Below are positions 60,776-64,000 of a stretch of 64,000 bases of DNA, one piece after another. The notes under the pieces were generated by a model, which was given only the letters and a program-made list of their open reading frames with translations, did no database searches and was not told the origin of the DNA. Both the position numbers and the translations under genes were made by a program. Origin of the DNA: an uncultured Chloroflexia bacterium (GTDB taxonomy: Bacteria > Chloroflexota > Limnocylindria > Limnocylindrales > CSP1-4); NCBI GenBank assembly GCA_963746075.1, contig CAVUZY010000004.1, positions 200,213 through 264,212 of the forward strand, written 5' to 3'. Positions within the stretch are counted from its first letter, which is position 1; every line of letters starts with the position of its first letter.

Positions 60776-61263
60776 CGCGGCCGGCGCCCGCTCGCACAGC
60801 GCCGAGGCATGGCGATCGGAGCCACGTTCGCTCTCCGGCGGCGTCCGGCGTCCCCTCCGGGCCGATCGTCCGTTCGAGATCGGCGCACAGACTCATCGGA
60901 GCCGGCCAGCCGGCAGGCCAGGTCGTCGCAGACGTGGGCGACGATCGGCGGCCGGGCGGTGGTGGCGAACAGGGCGTAGAAGCTCGCGACGCCGTAGGCC
61001 TCGGCCGGCGGGACGGTGAGCCGGCGCGACACGTAGTTCATGGCGGGTTGGCTGATCCAGCCGATCCGGGACTGGATCGCATGGAGGGCCGGGATCAGGA
61101 GATCGCGCCGGGAGCGAGCCTCGTGGCCGCCGCGCGCGACGTGTCCGTCGATCCCGGAGTCACGGACGCCCCCGCGCCAGCCCGATTCGGCGGGACCCAG
61201 CACCGCGTCGACCGCGGCACGCTCGGCGGGCGTCGCGAGCGGCCCGATGACGTGCAGATCCAT
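60772..61263 (-). pseudogene. NuoE-like thioredoxin-fold [2Fe-2S] subunit, two frame changes near 60897 and 60800
   Basis: ATG 61263. LLIPALHAIQSRIGWISQPAMNYVSRRLTVPPAEAYGVASFYALF...HVCDDLACRLAG, then (shift) SLCADLERTIGPEG...WLRSPCLG, then (shift) LCERAPAAM, which runs straight into the NuoF ORF frame. Confidence 0.75.
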
Positions 61264-61365
61264 CCCGACGAGTGTAGCGGCGGAGGTTGCAGCGACGTGC
61301 CACTCGTGCGGCGCGCGGTCTGTGGAGCGTGGCCCGCCTGGCTTGTCGCCGGGCGGGCCGGAGCA

Positions 61366-61686
61366 TCAGGAGCCGGGCGCCCGGTACGAGGGATGCTTCG
61401 CCACAGCCGCGTCCATCTCCGTCGTCGTCAGCAGCACGGTCGTCCGGATCGACGCGGCGCCGGTGGCGCCGACTGTCGCCGCGACCGCCGCGGCCGACGC
61501 GTTGTCGGGCAGCTCGACGATGATGTAGATGTCGTCCCCGCCGAGCGCCCAATAGCACGCCTCGATGGTGCCGCCGACGCTTGTGACGAGGGCGTCGATC
61601 GCGGCCCGGCGGCCGGTGCCACCGTCCTTCAGGACGCCCTGGATGCCTGCCTGGGTGTAGGACGCGCTGATCAGGTAGTGGCCCAT
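61366..61686 (-). CDS. GYD domain-containing protein
   Basis: MGHYLISASYTQAGIQGVLKDGGTGRRAAIDALVTSVGGTIEACYWALGGDDIYIIVELPDN matches the GYD-family pattern. Confidence 0.8.
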   Translation of the reverse strand: MGHYLISASYTQAGIQGVLKDGGTGRRAAIDALVTSVGGTIEACYWALGGDDIYIIVELPDNASAAAVAATVGATGAASIRTTVLLTTTEMDAAVAKHPSYRAPGS

Positions 61687-61792
61687 GGGTGGTCCTCCGG
61701 ACGCCGACGCTGGCTACGTCGAGCAGAGCGACCATCGTCGCAGGTCGCGTCCCTGGCGCGCGGCGTGTTCCGATCGGCCCGGCCGCGCTGGG

Positions 61793-62272
61793 TCAGCCGC
61801 GCTCCGGCAGTCCGACCGGCTGCCAGGCGGCCGGATCCCACGCGGATTCGGGCTTCGCCAGCTCGCGGGCGAGGTCGTCGAGGTTGGCCTCGAGGCCGTC
61901 GATGATCTGCTGCTCGATCCCGGGCATCGTCTTGAGGGCGACGCCGAGCATCAGGTTGGCCGCGAACCCCTGCGGCTTGACCGTGAGCGCCATCGTGAGG
62001 TCGGTCTTCCCGTCGACGGTCGGGCTGAGGTCGACCGCACCCTCGCCGCGGATCCTGCCCTGGGTCGTTCGGAGCTCGATCCGGCTGGGACTTCGGTCGC
62101 GGATCTCGACCTCGAGCGGGCCGCTCATGCCGAGCGCCGTCGCGGCCTGGGTCCCGGGCTCGACCGGCGGCAGCTCGTCTCGGAGACGAGTTGCGAGCTG
62201 GAGGAGGCGGTCGTGGACGACGTCCAGCCGCTGGTCGACGATCCGGCTGGCACGGTGCCCGAGATCGGCCAC
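61793..62272 (-). CDS. Hypothetical protein, weakly SRPBCC/CoxG-like
   Basis: GTG 62272 is 1 nt after the VOC stop. The C-terminal half GEGAVDLSPTVDGKTDLTMALTVKPQGFAANLMLGVALKTMPGIEQQIIDGLEANL resembles CoxG-type proteins. The assignment is weak. Confidence 0.4.
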   Translation of the reverse strand: MADLGHRASRIVDQRLDVVHDRLLQLATRLRDELPPVEPGTQAATALGMSGPLEVEIRDRSPSRIELRTTQGRIRGEGAVDLSPTVDGKTDLTMALTVKPQGFAANLMLGVALKTMPGIEQQIIDGLEANLDDLARELAKPESAWDPAAWQPVGLPERG

Positions 62273-62273
62273 C

Positions 62274-62702
62274 TCAGTCGATCGTGATCCGGCCGTCCGG
62301 GCCGATCGGGAACGACGGGTTGTAGCAGACCTCCCACGGATGGCCGTCGGGATCGGCGAAGTAGCCGCCGTAGCCGAACGGGAGGTCGGTGCCCGGCTTG
62401 AGGATCGTGCCGCCCGCGGCGACCGCTTCCTCGAGCGCCGCATCGACCGCCTCCGCCGACTCGATGTTGATCGCGAGGGTGATCCCGCCGAACGAGCCGC
62501 GGGTCGGCTCGACGAGATTGGCGTCCTCGGCCAGATCGTGCCAGCCGAAGATCCCGAGATAGCTGTCGGCGGTCCGGAACCAGGCGATCTCGGCCATCGA
62601 GGAAGGGCAGCGCTCCCAGCCGAGGGCCTCGTAGAAGCGGACGGATCGGGCGACGTCGGCGACGCCGATCGTCACGATGCTGACGCGGGCAGGAATGCTC
62701 AT
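62274..62702 (-). CDS. VOC (glyoxalase/bleomycin-resistance/dioxygenase) family protein
   Basis: VSIVTIGVADVARSVRFYEALGW...GYFADPDGHPWEV. Confidence 0.85.
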   Translation of the reverse strand: MSIPARVSIVTIGVADVARSVRFYEALGWERCPSSMAEIAWFRTADSYLGIFGWHDLAEDANLVEPTRGSFGGITLAINIESAEAVDAALEEAVAAGGTILKPGTDLPFGYGGYFADPDGHPWEVCYNPSFPIGPDGRITID

Positions 62703-62728
62703 CCGGGCAGTCTACGACCGGGGACGAG

Positions 62729-64000
62729 TCAGCCCGCGGCGACCGGCTCCTCGAGCCGCTCGATCCGGATCGCCGTCGCCTTGAACTCGGCGGTGCCGGA
62801 CTTCGGGTCCGTCGCGTCGATCGTCAGGAGGTTCGTCGCGACGTCGTCCTGGAAGTGGAGCGTCATGAACGTCAGGCCCGGCCGGAGCGACGGATCGATC
62901 CGGATCGGGACCTCGACCTGGCCGCGGCGTGACACGACCCGCACCCGTTCGCCGTCGGCCAGCCCGAACGCCTCCACGTCTTCCGGCGACATGTCGAGCG
63001 ACTCGCCGCGCCGCAACGGCGACGTGTAGCCGCCGGTCTGGACGCCGGTGTTGTACGAGTCGAGGCGGCGGCCGGTCGTCAGCCGGATCGGGTAGTCGTC
63101 GGTCAGCTTGTCGACCGGCGGATCGTGGTCGACGGCCTGGAACGGGACGCGGTTGCCGGGGACCGGGTCCTCCCAGAGCCGGCTGTGGAGGAACAGCTCG
63201 CCCGGGTGCGTCTCGTCGTAGCACGGCCACTGGAGACCGCCGAGCTCCTCGAGACGCTGGTACGACATGCCGGCATGGACCGGTGACAGGGCCCGGATCT
63301 CGTTCCAGGCATCCTCGGCCGTCGTCCAGCCCCAATCGGCGCCCATCCGGCGGGCGATCTCCTCGATGATCCAGAGGTCGTCGCGCGCCTCGCCGGGCGG
63401 CTCGAGCGCCTTGCGCACGCGCTGCACCCGCCGCTCGGAGTTCGTGACCGTGCCTTCGCTCTCGGCCCACGACGCCGCGGCCGGCAGGACCACGTCGGCG
63501 AGCTCCGCGGTCGCGGTCAGGAAGATGTCCTGGACGACCATGAAGTCGCGGGTCGACAGCAGGTGCTTGGCGCGCTTCTGGTCGGCCTCGGACTGGACGG
63601 GGTTCTCGCCGATCACGTAGATCGCCTGGAGCTCGCCCCGCTCCATCGCGTCGAACATGCCGCTCAGGTGCCATCCTCGCTTCGGCGGGACGGTGACGCC
63701 CCAGCGCTCGTCGAACTTGGCCCGGAGCTCGTCGTTCTCGACGTGCTGGAAGCCCGGCAGCCGATCCGGCAGGGCACCCATGTCGCCGCCGCCCTGGACG
63801 TTGTTCTGGCCGCGCAGCGGGTTCACGCCGCTGCCCCAGCGGCCGACGTGCCCGCACAGGAGGACGAGGTCGATGAGCGCGACGACGTTGTCGACGGCGT
63901 TGTGGTGCTCGGTGATCCCGAGGGTCCAGCAGATCATCGCGGTCTTGGCGGTCGCGAAGCTGTGGGCCAGCTCGCGGATCGCCTCGGCCGGAACGCCGGT
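62729..64000 (-). CDS. Formate dehydrogenase alpha / molybdopterin oxidoreductase catalytic subunit, C-terminal ~420 aa; the 5' end lies beyond the window
   Basis: The reading frame is open to position 64000 (...[35 protein letters not shown]...[16 protein letters not shown]...[37 protein letters not shown]...[14 protein letters not shown]...[12 protein letters not shown]). Confidence 0.9.
   Translation of the reverse strand, partial: [423 protein letters not shown]

Overview
This is a very GC-rich, gene-dense chromosomal segment with strongly G/C-ending codons and many 1-4 nt start/stop overlaps. The gene content (LCP ligase, F420-type LLM and PPOX enzymes, ResB, RlpA-like protein) suggests a monoderm Actinomycetota- or Chloroflexota-type organism, but that taxon is inference only. 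Layout: 1-20.2 kb is an ABC-transporter (Wzm/Wzt)-dependent envelope glycopolymer locus. It holds several GT4/GT-A glycosyltransferases, a WecB epimerase with an NDP-sugar dehydrogenase, two pyruvyl transferases, an MBOAT + AlgX/PatB-like O-acetylation pair, an AT3 acyltransferase, a hexapeptide acetyltransferase and a methyltransferase. 20.3-25.3 kb is housekeeping (parvulin PPIase, mazG, rph, rdgB, LOG). 25.4-26.9 kb is an LCP ligase. 27-56 kb is a mix: lipoproteins, two tRNA-Pro genes, Lrp, a GGDEF protein, a Cys/Met PLP enzyme, ResB, PucR + type III glutamine synthetase, a large LuxR/LAL regulator, a response regulator-GAF-histidine kinase-aldo/keto reductase operon, an MFS transporter, crcB, an AlkA-like glycosylase, an RlpA-like protein, DUF2277 and a PLP decarboxylase. 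56-64 kb is a formate-dehydrogenase-related locus (fdhD, NuoE/F-like diaphorase, a truncated FdhA N-terminal Fe-S module, and a partial FdhA molybdopterin subunit). I saw no transposase, integrase, phage gene, CRISPR array or toxin-antitoxin signature, and I did not find a convincing self-contained novel system. The most interesting items are the heavily decorated SCWP-like glycopolymer locus, a hotspot of frame changes (at least 11 in the first 2.9 kb against about 7 elsewhere), the split/truncated FDH architecture, and a few phased repeats in divergent promoter regions. All functional calls come from reading motifs in the supplied translations. No database search was run.
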